This document shows positions 46,765 to 54,751 of a stretch of DNA of 64,000 nt, one piece after another (position 1 is the stretch's first letter; the number at the start of each line of letters is the position of its first letter). The notes beneath the pieces are model-generated. The model searched no databases. It saw only the letters and a list, made by a program, of their open reading frames with translations, and had not been told where the DNA came from. The translations under genes were made by a program, and so were the position numbers. This stretch comes from a virus. The stretch covers positions 160,618 to 224,617 of IMG/VR virus record IMGVR_UViG_3300048854_000232. One strand, written 5' to 3'.

Positions 46765-47382
46765 ATGCTTACCATTGCCAGCCTCGCCTTCTGCCTGCTG
46801 GGCGTCCTCTTTGTCATGATCGGCCGCTACCGGCTCAAACGTCAAAGCCGCCTGCATGCCCTGCTGGCCTACCAAATGCTCATGCGGGAGAAAGACCAGG
46901 GTGACGCGGTACGTATGGCCAACCTTTTCGCCGATAACCTGGCGGAAATGGAACTGCAGTGCAACATCGACGTCGCTCGAGCAGATTACCTGGAAGAGCA
47001 GCTGGGGGAGACCCGACATCGACTCAATCGGGCCCAGGCGGTTCATGAAGCCAATCTGGAAGCGGTCAAGCGCCGTTACCAGCGTCGCTTTGTGGAAGCC
47101 GGTCGGGAATGCCTGAACACCAAACTGGCCCAGTACAAGCTGAGTCAGGATCACCTATCCACCATGGCCTCGATGGATACCCTGGTGTCCAACGTGGTGG
47201 ACCTGTTGCGAGAGGCGAAGATCAAGCCGCCCTCGGAAGTGGACTTCGATTCGATGCGCAAAGCCAAACCGGCCGAACGTGCGATGGGTCTGCTTTATCA
47301 GTACCTGGCCGCGCGTGCGACCACCCAGGCACTGACCACGCCCGCAGTACTCCTGCGACAGAAAATCTCCCTCTCCTCGTGA
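46765..47382 (+). CDS. Membrane-anchored coiled-coil protein
   Basis: SD AAGGAG; N-terminal transmembrane segment. Confidence 0.6.
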   Translation: MLTIASLAFCLLGVLFVMIGRYRLKRQSRLHALLAYQMLMREKDQGDAVRMANLFADNLAEMELQCNIDVARADYLEEQLGETRHRLNRAQAVHEANLEAVKRRYQRRFVEAGRECLNTKLAQYKLSQDHLSTMASMDTLVSNVVDLLREAKIKPPSEVDFDSMRKAKPAERAMGLLYQYLAARATTQALTTPAVLLRQKISLSS

Positions 47383-47417
47383 GAGGGGGTTTTTGCCCTA
47401 AATTCAGTAAATTCCAA

Positions 47418-47547
47418 TCTGGGGGACGTATCTGTGAAACGCCTCAGCTTTGGGGATCCTGACCAGTCGCTCCTAGCCCTTCCTTTGAGCACAGACGACT
47501 TACCATGAGTTGTTGACGACCAAAGAAAAGACTACGAACGCTCCAGA
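47418..47547 (+). ncRNA. Candidate small structured RNA
   Basis: No plausible gene; ends pair (TCTGGGG/CTCCAGA); nested stems; bounded by two terminator hairpins. Confidence 0.4.
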
Positions 47548-47550
47548 CAC

Positions 47551-47581
47551 GAGGCTCCCCCACAAGGGGAGCTCTATGCCG
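47551..47581 (+). terminator. Hairpin terminator + TATGCC
   Basis: GGCTCCCC-CACAA-GGGGAGCT CTATGCCG. Confidence 0.75.
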
Positions 47582-47592
47582 TCAAGGACCTA

Positions 47593-47619
47593 TTGAACGC
47601 ATTTTCAAACCTATAGTAC
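47593..47619 (+). promoter_or_regulatory. Putative phage early promoter
   Basis: TTGAACGCATTTTCAAACCTATAGTAC. Confidence 0.65.
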
Positions 47620-47661
47620 TCCGGTGAACCTAAGCAATTCACAATCCTTCTGGAGACTATT

Positions 47662-47988
47662 GTGGCCCTTTCCACGCATCCCTCGTTCGACGATTACATG
47701 GCTGATCTCCGTGCACTCCGTCAGGAGCTGGATGAGGCCCGAGTAATACGCACACAGTTGCTAGATGCCCAGGAGAACGGGACCCCGCCGCTGGCTCCGC
47801 TCATTGCCCAGCTGTGCCCGATGGTCAAGGCCATCAAGCAGCGGCTGTACCACCTCCGCAAGGAGGCCAACATGCCCGACTGGTTCGACCCGTGCAAGGT
47901 CCGCGAGCACCTCGCTCCGATGGAGCAGGACGTGCGTCACCTGGAGCTGGACCTCACGGACGCAGAGATCTGCTGTGATTTCGCTTAA
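47662..47988 (+). CDS. Hypothetical early protein
   Basis: SD GGAG; GTG start. Confidence 0.6.
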   Translation: MALSTHPSFDDYMADLRALRQELDEARVIRTQLLDAQENGTPPLAPLIAQLCPMVKAIKQRLYHLRKEANMPDWFDPCKVREHLAPMEQDVRHLELDLTDAEICCDFA

Positions 47989-48027
47989 GCACTTCCTCAT
48001 CCGACTTCATTTAAGAAGGACTTTATC

Positions 48028-48156
48028 ATGAAGCTCTTGCCGTTTCTCCTGGGCTTGGTTGGTGTGCTCTGCGAAGTAGGGTTTAAGGCGGCGACCGCAC
48101 CACGCGTGGCGCCCCGCCAGTACGGGACCATGCAATACCCCCAAGATATTCACTAG
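48028..48156 (+). CDS. Small hydrophobic protein (42 aa, not in ORF track)
   Basis: SD AAGGA; MKLLPFLLGLVGVLCEVGFKAATAPRVAPRQYGTMQYPQDIH. Confidence 0.55.
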   Translation: MKLLPFLLGLVGVLCEVGFKAATAPRVAPRQYGTMQYPQDIH

Positions 48157-48170
48157 CGAAAGGATTGCTC

Positions 48171-48536
48171 ATGCGCGGATTACTCCTCCTTTACTTCGGT
48201 TTAGCTGGAATGGCCCTGTACCACATGCGCGGCAAGCACAAGGCGCAGGCAGAAGCCCGCGCGAATTTGCGTGATGCCGATCGCGGCTGGAAGCGCGTGG
48301 ACGAATTGAAAGAGCTCTTGGGTCAGTTGTCCACGGCCACACTCAACATGACCGACGACCAATACAGGGTGTTGTCGGCAGTCGCCGAAGACATGGGCCT
48401 TACCATTCCCACGGACCTGGACGCACCGTTACCCGCCGATGCGGAGCCGATCCTCAAGCACATTGTCACCCATCACCGTTTGGCGGCGGATTGCCGCGTT
48501 CAGATTCTTCTGAACGCGAGTCGACGCGCTGCGTAA
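48171..48536 (+). CDS. Membrane-anchored hypothetical protein
   Basis: SD AAGGA; N-terminal transmembrane segment. Confidence 0.6.
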   Translation: MRGLLLLYFGLAGMALYHMRGKHKAQAEARANLRDADRGWKRVDELKELLGQLSTATLNMTDDQYRVLSAVAEDMGLTIPTDLDAPLPADAEPILKHIVTHHRLAADCRVQILLNASRRAA

Positions 48537-48563
48537 CCCTTCTCTTACCTACAAGGCCCCACC

Positions 48564-48971
48564 ATGTTCAGCCTGCCCAACATGTTCCAGCGCAAGACGC
48601 CCTTGCCTCCCACCGAAGCAAAGGTGTCCTCTTTGGTGACCACCACGGTCTCCAAGGATTCCTTCGACAAGCTGTGGAAGCTGCGTCATAGCCGTAACTT
48701 CACCGTGGTTGCCCATGCCTTGGGTATTGCCACCGACGTCGAACAGTTGCAGCTCAAAGAAGGCCAGGTTGCCTTCGAGTTGGATCAGTTCGGTCGTCGC
48801 TTCTTGCACATCGGACACAAGGGCTTCGTGCTGACCTTCCACGACCAGTTTGGTCAGAAGGACGCCCGTAAGACCGTGGTCTACAAGGAACCCCGGTTCC
48901 CGGAAAGCCCGTTCACTGACATCGGTTCGGCCCGTAACCTGCTGAACCACACCGCCTACCTGTACACGTAA
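48564..48971 (+). CDS. Hypothetical protein
   Basis: SD AAGG; 135 aa. Confidence 0.6.
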   Translation: MFSLPNMFQRKTPLPPTEAKVSSLVTTTVSKDSFDKLWKLRHSRNFTVVAHALGIATDVEQLQLKEGQVAFELDQFGRRFLHIGHKGFVLTFHDQFGQKDARKTVVYKEPRFPESPFTDIGSARNLLNHTAYLYT

Positions 48972-49036
48972 GCCCCGCCTCCGCATTGGCGGTTTTGCCT
49001 CTCTTCTCTTTCACCACGTCCTCGGGGGACATCACC

Positions 49037-49585
49037 ATGAACGCAATCAAACTACTCGGCGCTGTTGTATTGGCTGGTATCGGCTATGCCAGCTATCGTT
49101 ACGCGCAACGCCGTATCGCCAATGCCCTGATCGATGCACTCGATCCGACCATCAACACCCTTTCCAGCACCAACACCCAGGAAACCAGCATGCAGTCCGA
49201 GACCACCGCAACCGCCATCGCCGAGAACTTCTCCAACCTCTTCCAGGGTCAGTTCGACGTCCTGTGGAATGCTCGTGCAGACAACGGCATGGCGCTGGCT
49301 TACGACCCGCGTTGGGAAGCCGATCCGGCGTTGGCCGTCACGACCAGCCCGCTGGCCGAAGGCGTGTACGGCTGGGTGGAAGGCGCCGACGGCGAGCGCT
49401 TCCTGGTCGTGGGCGGTGGGGACATGAACCTCATCGTGTTCGACCTGAACAAGGGCGATGGCGCTGAATACCTGTGGCCCAACACCATCGAGGGCATCGA
49501 GTCGGATGCGTACATGCTGATGCTCCTGCAGGGTCTGAATGAGCAGTTCGACGAACTCGAGCTGCAATACGCCAACCAGGCGTAA
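49037..49585 (+). CDS. Membrane-anchored hypothetical protein
   Basis: SD GGGGGA; N-terminal transmembrane segment; followed by a terminator hairpin at 49592-49620. Confidence 0.65.
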   Translation: MNAIKLLGAVVLAGIGYASYRYAQRRIANALIDALDPTINTLSSTNTQETSMQSETTATAIAENFSNLFQGQFDVLWNARADNGMALAYDPRWEADPALAVTTSPLAEGVYGWVEGADGERFLVVGGGDMNLIVFDLNKGDGAEYLWPNTIEGIESDAYMLMLLQGLNEQFDELELQYANQA

Positions 49586-49667
49586 AAGGCGGTGGGGTCC
49601 CTTCGGGGGCCCCACTCTCTCCCACCGGTGTAGTTTTTTTGAAACCTACACTATCCACTTGAAGTCA

Positions 49668-50426
49668 TGCAGAGGACGCGTTTATCGGGGTTAATCTTGG
49701 GGAGTACGTAAAGTGAACGATCCAATCAGGTTCAGCACCACGGTGGAAGAAAGTCTGATCCGCGCCGCCCATGCGTGTTTGGTTACGCATGTGCATAAAC
49801 TCGAACAGTACTATCAAACCCGCGCAATTCCGGATGACCCGTTAGAGATCCCCACTCTAGGGGTCGTTATCGTTACCCGCTTGGACCACGCACGTCGATT
49901 ACAAGCGAGTATTGCCGGATTGCTGTCCTGTTGCCATGACGGTAACGATTCCCACCACGCGGAGCGTGACCACCTCGAGAAAGTGTTGGCATCCACCACC
50001 ACACTCCTTGATCACATGGAAAGCCTGGCCACCCGCAGTCAAACGCTGGTGGCTGATCTGGCAACACATCGGCAGGCCGTTAAGGGCTGCTACCATGCCT
50101 ATTGAGTCGCTGACGGTAATTTCTTACCCCATCAGGCGATGATATAGCAACAGGCCGCGATACCTGTTGAGGACGTGAACTTACGGTGTACACGTTCTAG
50201 TTTAGTGCCAGAATGCCTACTGGGGGTACGCTGGTTAAACCGTGTTGGTCGATTGCCGTCCATAGCCGTGGACAGCACCGACCCTGTTGGTCATGGTCGT
50301 GGGTGCGCTTTGAGCGCGCTCGCTTACGGGCGAGCCACTGCCGCCATGAGCAGCCTTCAGCATTTGATCCGTGGGGCCATAACCTCGGGCCGAGTGCTGA
50401 TGGATGTTCAGGGGAGCGTCGTTGCA
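49668..50426 (+). ncRNA. Candidate large structured RNA (about 760 nt)
   Basis: More than a dozen helices tile the region, the 5' and 3' ends pair, and there is a 9-bp long-range pseudoknot. A promoter-like motif lies upstream and a terminator downstream. Confidence 0.55.
49713..50105 (+). CDS. Possible 130-aa helical protein inside the structured region
   Basis: GGAG SD and GTG start, amphipathic pattern; codon usage is atypical for this genome. Confidence 0.4.
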   Translation: MNDPIRFSTTVEESLIRAAHACLVTHVHKLEQYYQTRAIPDDPLEIPTLGVVIVTRLDHARRLQASIAGLLSCCHDGNDSHHAERDHLEKVLASTTTLLDHMESLATRSQTLVADLATHRQAVKGCYHAY

Positions 50427-50432
50427 AGGGGA

Positions 50433-50470
50433 GCATAGCGCCTAGGGAAAACCCTAGGCGTTTTATGCCG
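50433..50470 (+). terminator. Hairpin terminator with GCATA...TATGCC flanks
   Basis: GCGCCTAGGG-AAAA-CCCTAGGCGT TTTATGCCG. Confidence 0.8.
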
Positions 50471-50505
50471 TCATCTTAACTTACCACTTTACGAAGGACC
50501 GCGAC

Positions 50506-51093
50506 ATGAAGTATTTGCGTTTGATCGCCCAGCAGGACCCGAGCCAGCCGATGGGCAAGGCGCTGTGGGACGTTAACCAGGACTGCGCCGCCCGCTATGC
50601 CGATCCGGGCTTTGGTAAAATGGGTCAGAAGACGGGGCAGGAACTCAAGGCGGGCATCCTCGTCATCGACGCGCTCATCGGTGAACGGCCCGCCAATCAG
50701 ACCCACGGCTTCGTGACCGAGATGGTCTACGTGGCACCGATCTGGGCCATGGGTTACATGCGGGCAGCCTTGCTGACCCTCTTCGACGAGCACGTCAACC
50801 GCGCCTGGCGGGGCGAGCCGGTTCCTTCGGCCGGTATGGTATCAGTCGATGATCTCTACTCGGCTGTCCTGCGCACGACCTCCCACCATGTCGTTACCCG
50901 CCGTGAACTGCTGATCGACCACGAACGACTCGCCTGCGTGTGGGAGATGTATCGCCAGCTCTATCTCCTGCAGGACATCGTCAAGGACTCGCAGCAGCAG
51001 GGCGCTCGCGGCGCCCACGCGAAGCTGATCGACATCCAGATCGGCGTGGAGATCATGGTGGTGAAGGTCAATTACACCGAAGGCACCTTTTAA
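50506..51093 (+). CDS. Hypothetical protein
   Basis: SD AAGGA; 195 aa. Confidence 0.65.
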   Translation: MKYLRLIAQQDPSQPMGKALWDVNQDCAARYADPGFGKMGQKTGQELKAGILVIDALIGERPANQTHGFVTEMVYVAPIWAMGYMRAALLTLFDEHVNRAWRGEPVPSAGMVSVDDLYSAVLRTTSHHVVTRRELLIDHERLACVWEMYRQLYLLQDIVKDSQQQGARGAHAKLIDIQIGVEIMVVKVNYTEGTF

Positions 51094-51123
51094 TCACTTT
51101 ATCGGCAGTTAAGGATTTTAGTA

Positions 51124-51444
51124 ATGACCGATTTTTCTGAGTTCACCATCGGTGCACCCGATCGCTTGTCCATCTCTGCTGAGCGCAGCAAACAGGACCG
51201 TATCGACGCCGAACGCTGGCGGGCCCTGATGGCCTCTGCCCGCCTTCGCATGCTTGGGACGGCGGGCTTCAAGAGCGAAGACCCCAACGACAAGTACCGT
51301 CACATGGGTCTGGAGCTGTGGACCCAGTACGGCGGTAACCCTGCCGATCACGTCGCCGGTAATGCGGAGGCCTGTGCGAAACTTACAGCGTATGCTGACG
51401 TTATGCGGGAGCTTCAGGACACGCCGCCGACTCCGTCCACCTGA
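51124..51444 (+). CDS. Hypothetical protein
   Basis: SD AAGGA; DAERWRAL motif. Confidence 0.6.
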   Translation: MTDFSEFTIGAPDRLSISAERSKQDRIDAERWRALMASARLRMLGTAGFKSEDPNDKYRHMGLELWTQYGGNPADHVAGNAEACAKLTAYADVMRELQDTPPTPST

Positions 51445-51472
51445 CCTTCACCTCATTGATTGAGATCCTTCT

Positions 51473-51937
51473 ATGCCCACGCAGCAGCCACCTCAGGAAC
51501 TGTCGTCCAACCGACCGTATCTGTTTCGTGCGATCTACGAGTGGCTGACTGCCAATCAGCAGACACCGCACATTCGCATCAACGACACCCAAGCCCCGGG
51601 TGTGCGTGTACCGCCGCAGTTCCATACTGGCAACCCACTGATCCTGAACATCGCCAAGGTCGCAGTCGCAGACCTGGTCATGGCCAACGAGGGCATCTCC
51701 TTCTCGGCACGTTTTAACGGGCGTCAGTTCGAGATCTACGTGCCGATGGACGCCATCGCCATGCTTTACGGTCGCGAGTCCGGTGCTGGCATGCTGTTTC
51801 CGGATGAGGACTTCAATCCGGAACCGGAGAAGGTCCCTGAGCTCGCCGATCAGGACGCCGTGGTCGAAGAGACCGTACCGGAACCGCGCGATCCCAATCC
51901 GGATCCGCGTCGTGCCCACCTGCGTGTGGTGAAGTAA
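51473..51937 (+). CDS. sspB: ClpXP protease specificity adaptor SspB
   Basis: RPYLFRAIYEWL..N..TPH, LNI, ISFSARFNG, ESGAGMLF, and the C-terminal ClpX-binding tail HLRVVK. Confidence 0.93.
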   Translation: MPTQQPPQELSSNRPYLFRAIYEWLTANQQTPHIRINDTQAPGVRVPPQFHTGNPLILNIAKVAVADLVMANEGISFSARFNGRQFEIYVPMDAIAMLYGRESGAGMLFPDEDFNPEPEKVPELADQDAVVEETVPEPRDPNPDPRRAHLRVVK

Positions 51938-52002
51938 ACCCTCCGCTAGCTCAGAGATCCTGCGGGGTCTCTGGGCGGCCTATGCTTTTACAGGAGTTAG
52001 AC

Positions 52003-53061
52003 ATGTCCATCAGTGCCGTTTCTGTCTTTCAGGAAATCCACGACCTGATCGTCACGCTGTTCACCCGCAACAGCGTCGCGCGTCTCCAGAGCCTCCACCG
52101 TACCGTCGTCATGTCCGCAGAAGAGATCGGCAAGCTCGAAGATAATTGCCGCAAGGCGCTCGATGAGTTGCTGCCCACGGAGTTTTACGGCCGTGACGCC
52201 TCAGACGAAGAAGTGGCGCTCTTAGAAGACCTGCGCACTAGCGTGCGTGTTAACAAGCCAGTCAGTCTGCAAGAGCAGGACGCTTACTGGGCTCGCCTGG
52301 AAGCACTCCCGCACCTCCACCAACAAGCCGAAGCCGTCGAAGCCGAGGCCGTGAAGGTCAACGAGGTCCTGATCGAGATTCCCGAGGGCCTGCTAAACGA
52401 ACACGGTCACTTGACCGGGTTCTTGGACTGGTTCCGCTCCACCGGCATGGTGATCCCGCCCAAGACCCGTCTGGTCGGTCTGTATAAGGCCAAGAACGCA
52501 CGGGGCGAGGACGTCTACTGCCGTGCCGAGATCTTCGAGCCGAAGTGGCTGCGGCAGTACCTTCCGGAGAAGGACGCCACGAACTACATTACCGACGATG
52601 TGGTGGTCGAACATATCCAAGGTAACATGATCAAGGCGGAGCACTTCCCGTACATCAAGGCGATCCCTGCGGAAGGGGAAATTCCTGACATCATCTGGCG
52701 TAAGGGGTTGCCCGGTTACGAGGAGGGGATCTACCAGTACAGCGTCAACTACATCTACATGTGGATGGACCGGAACCTCTACGCCTGGTGGCATGCCGTG
52801 GTCCAGGATAAGAACAATCCCAAGGACAGTGCAGAGTGCCGTCGCCTGTGGAAGGACAAGACCTTCGCCACCCCGCTGTACGATATCAGCTGGCGGGGTA
52901 AGGAGTCGCCTTCACGACCCACACGTGAAGAGCTGCAGTTCTTCGAGAGGATCCGTACCCAGCATCGGACCAACGAGAACCCCTCAGTGGAATGGATCGA
53001 CGCCGTGCTGCGCGATATGCTCACCCTGTCTAACGTGAACTGGTTGGCCGGGTCGGAGTAA
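52003..53061 (+). CDS. Hypothetical protein
   Basis: SD AGGAG; 352 aa. Confidence 0.7.
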   Translation: MSISAVSVFQEIHDLIVTLFTRNSVARLQSLHRTVVMSAEEIGKLEDNCRKALDELLPTEFYGRDASDEEVALLEDLRTSVRVNKPVSLQEQDAYWARLEALPHLHQQAEAVEAEAVKVNEVLIEIPEGLLNEHGHLTGFLDWFRSTGMVIPPKTRLVGLYKAKNARGEDVYCRAEIFEPKWLRQYLPEKDATNYITDDVVVEHIQGNMIKAEHFPYIKAIPAEGEIPDIIWRKGLPGYEEGIYQYSVNYIYMWMDRNLYAWWHAVVQDKNNPKDSAECRRLWKDKTFATPLYDISWRGKESPSRPTREELQFFERIRTQHRTNENPSVEWIDAVLRDMLTLSNVNWLAGSE

Positions 53062-53121
53062 TCCCTTACGGGAGAGTGGACTGATATGTACTTTCAGCCA
53101 CTCTCCCAAAAGGACCTCACT

Positions 53122-53640
53122 GTGACCGAGACTTCGTTCGTCAAGACCTCCCGCATCAACCACATCGCCGGCAATCTGATCGGCGATCCGAACAACCCGG
53201 ATTGGGCTGCCCTGGAACGTCAGATCAACCTGATCCAGTCCGAACTGGACGAGGCCAAGGACTCCCTGGCCAAGCGCGACATCGAGACCCTGCGTGATGA
53301 CGTGGGCGATGTGCTCTTCACCGCCTATGGTCTGGGTCACCGTGCCGGCTTCCCGGTGGACGAAGACTTCGGCGAAGTGTGCCGTTCGAACATGACCAAG
53401 TTCGACAGCAACGAAGACGACGCGGTCGGGACCGTCCTCAAGTACGAGAAGATCGGTGTCGAAGCCCGCGCCACGCCCAAGGTCGTGATCGTCGATGGCG
53501 TGACCAAGACCTTCTACGTCACCCACTCGACCAAGGACCAGACCGGCACCGACGGCCGCTCCTACCCGGGTGGCAAGTGGCTCAAGTCGTTCCGCTTCGA
53601 AGAGCCGGTGTATTCCAACCTTTCCACTGCCGAGGCATAA
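53122..53640 (+). CDS. MazG-like/PRA-PH nucleoside triphosphate pyrophosphohydrolase
   Basis: LIQSELDE...RDDVGDVLFTAYG...EVCRSNMTK...GKWLKS..FEEP. Confidence 0.8.
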   Translation: MTETSFVKTSRINHIAGNLIGDPNNPDWAALERQINLIQSELDEAKDSLAKRDIETLRDDVGDVLFTAYGLGHRAGFPVDEDFGEVCRSNMTKFDSNEDDAVGTVLKYEKIGVEARATPKVVIVDGVTKTFYVTHSTKDQTGTDGRSYPGGKWLKSFRFEEPVYSNLSTAEA

Positions 53641-53644
53641 TCGC

Positions 53645-53968
53645 ATGGGCGTCCAGGTCGAAGCCGGTCCGTATGAAATCAACACCACGATCGCCGCTCG
53701 CCTGGTCAGTCACCTGACCCATCGCTGGTACGACGAAGCACGCGATGCCGTGGGCGATGACCCTGAGTCGGGTCCTCAACAGTTTCGCATCGACGCTTTC
53801 GCACTTCAGCGTGCGGATCATGTCGTGCCGAAGACGTACAAGGCGTATCGGCTTCGCCCTGAACCACGGCTACCGCTGTTTGATTTCACCGAAGAAGATT
53901 TCGATAGGGCCCGGGAGTTTATCCACCAGGCCGCGGTCGCAGGATTGTCGGCGGATTACAGTTACTGA
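53645..53968 (+). CDS. Hypothetical protein
   Basis: SD GAGG; operonic. Confidence 0.55.
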   Translation: MGVQVEAGPYEINTTIAARLVSHLTHRWYDEARDAVGDDPESGPQQFRIDAFALQRADHVVPKTYKAYRLRPEPRLPLFDFTEEDFDRAREFIHQAAVAGLSADYSY

Positions 53969-53970
53969 GT

Positions 53971-54009
53971 GCATAAAACGAGGGAGCCTCAGGGCTCCCT
54001 CTTATGCCG
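53971..54009 (+). terminator. Hairpin terminator with GCATA...TATGCC flanks
   Basis: GAGGGAGCC-TCAG-GGCTCCCTC TTATGCCG. Confidence 0.8.
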
Positions 54010-54022
54010 CAAATTTCGTCGA

Positions 54023-54049
54023 TTGAACGGTTTTTCAGACACATAGTAC
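54023..54049 (+). promoter_or_regulatory. Putative phage early promoter
   Basis: TTGAACGGTTTTTCAGACACATAGTAC. Confidence 0.65.
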
Positions 54050-54159
54050 CTTTGGGAATAGCAAGCCTAATCAAGTTAACCGAAGTGTTAAACCCTTCCC
54101 TGTGCGAAGGTGGGCGCATGGGGATTACTCCTCCCACCATACTAAAAGGAAATACACAC

Positions 54160-54660
54160 ATGTTCAGCAAGATCCGCAACACCCTCGTCGCTGCTGCCCT
54201 CGCTCTCGTGGTTTCCGGTACCGCCATCGCTGGTGACGGTTCGGCCGCCGGCCAGATCGGTGCCTACGGTGCGATCGCCGGTGGCGTCACCGCCAGCCAG
54301 TACGCCTCGTCCGCGTCCGGCACGGCTTCGTCCGATGCGGCCGGTGGTGGCCAGGCCACGGCCGGCGTCGTCGGTACCGGCAAGAGCGTTCACAGCACGT
54401 ACGGCAGCGACACCTCGACCGCCACGGCCGCTGGCCAGGTGGGCAAGGGCTATGCGGTCACGCAGACCAGCGGCAGCAACTCGGCCTACGGCGAAGCGGT
54501 CGGCAAGAACACCGGTTCGGGTACGGGTTCCTCGGACACCCAGAACGGCGGCGACTATGCTTCGAAAGCCAACAGCGGCTTCATCGTGAACTACGCCGGC
54601 ACCGATGCTTCGGCCTGGGCCGCTGGCGTCGTCGGCGCGTACGGCTCGTTCCACTACTGA
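54160..54660 (+). CDS. Secreted Gly/Ala/Ser/Thr-rich protein
   Basis: SD AAGGA; signal peptide ending AIA; low-complexity mature region. Confidence 0.7.
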   Translation: MFSKIRNTLVAAALALVVSGTAIAGDGSAAGQIGAYGAIAGGVTASQYASSASGTASSDAAGGGQATAGVVGTGKSVHSTYGSDTSTATAAGQVGKGYAVTQTSGSNSAYGEAVGKNTGSGTGSSDTQNGGDYASKANSGFIVNYAGTDASAWAAGVVGAYGSFHY

Positions 54661-54751
54661 TCGGCAACGATCGGCTTAAGTCCCAGCCTGCTTGTGCAGG
54701 CTGGGCTTTTCCCTCCTCAACGTACACTGTTTCTACAGGGGTTCCAATAAC

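Noticed and set aside
47436-47500. Hammerhead-like words (GAAAC, GTC, CAGACGA)
   Set aside because: The core deviates from CTGANGA and stem II cannot form.
1117-48536. C-terminal Ala-Ala ends on several proteins as ClpXP degrons linked to phage SspB
   Set aside because: Expected by chance in Ala-rich proteins, and none shows the SspB-binding part of the ssrA tag.
49740-50230. RNase P-like fragments (GAAGAAAGTCTG; GTGCCAG...CTGGGGG)
   Set aside because: Spacing is wrong and the 3' conserved ACAGAAxxCGGCTTA element is missing.
49668-50426. tmRNA or group I/II intron identity for the structured region (suggested by nearby sspB and TCCACCA at about 49992)
   Set aside because: No T-arm or acceptor stem, no tag frame ending in AA-stop, no P7 or domain V motifs, and no interrupted host gene.
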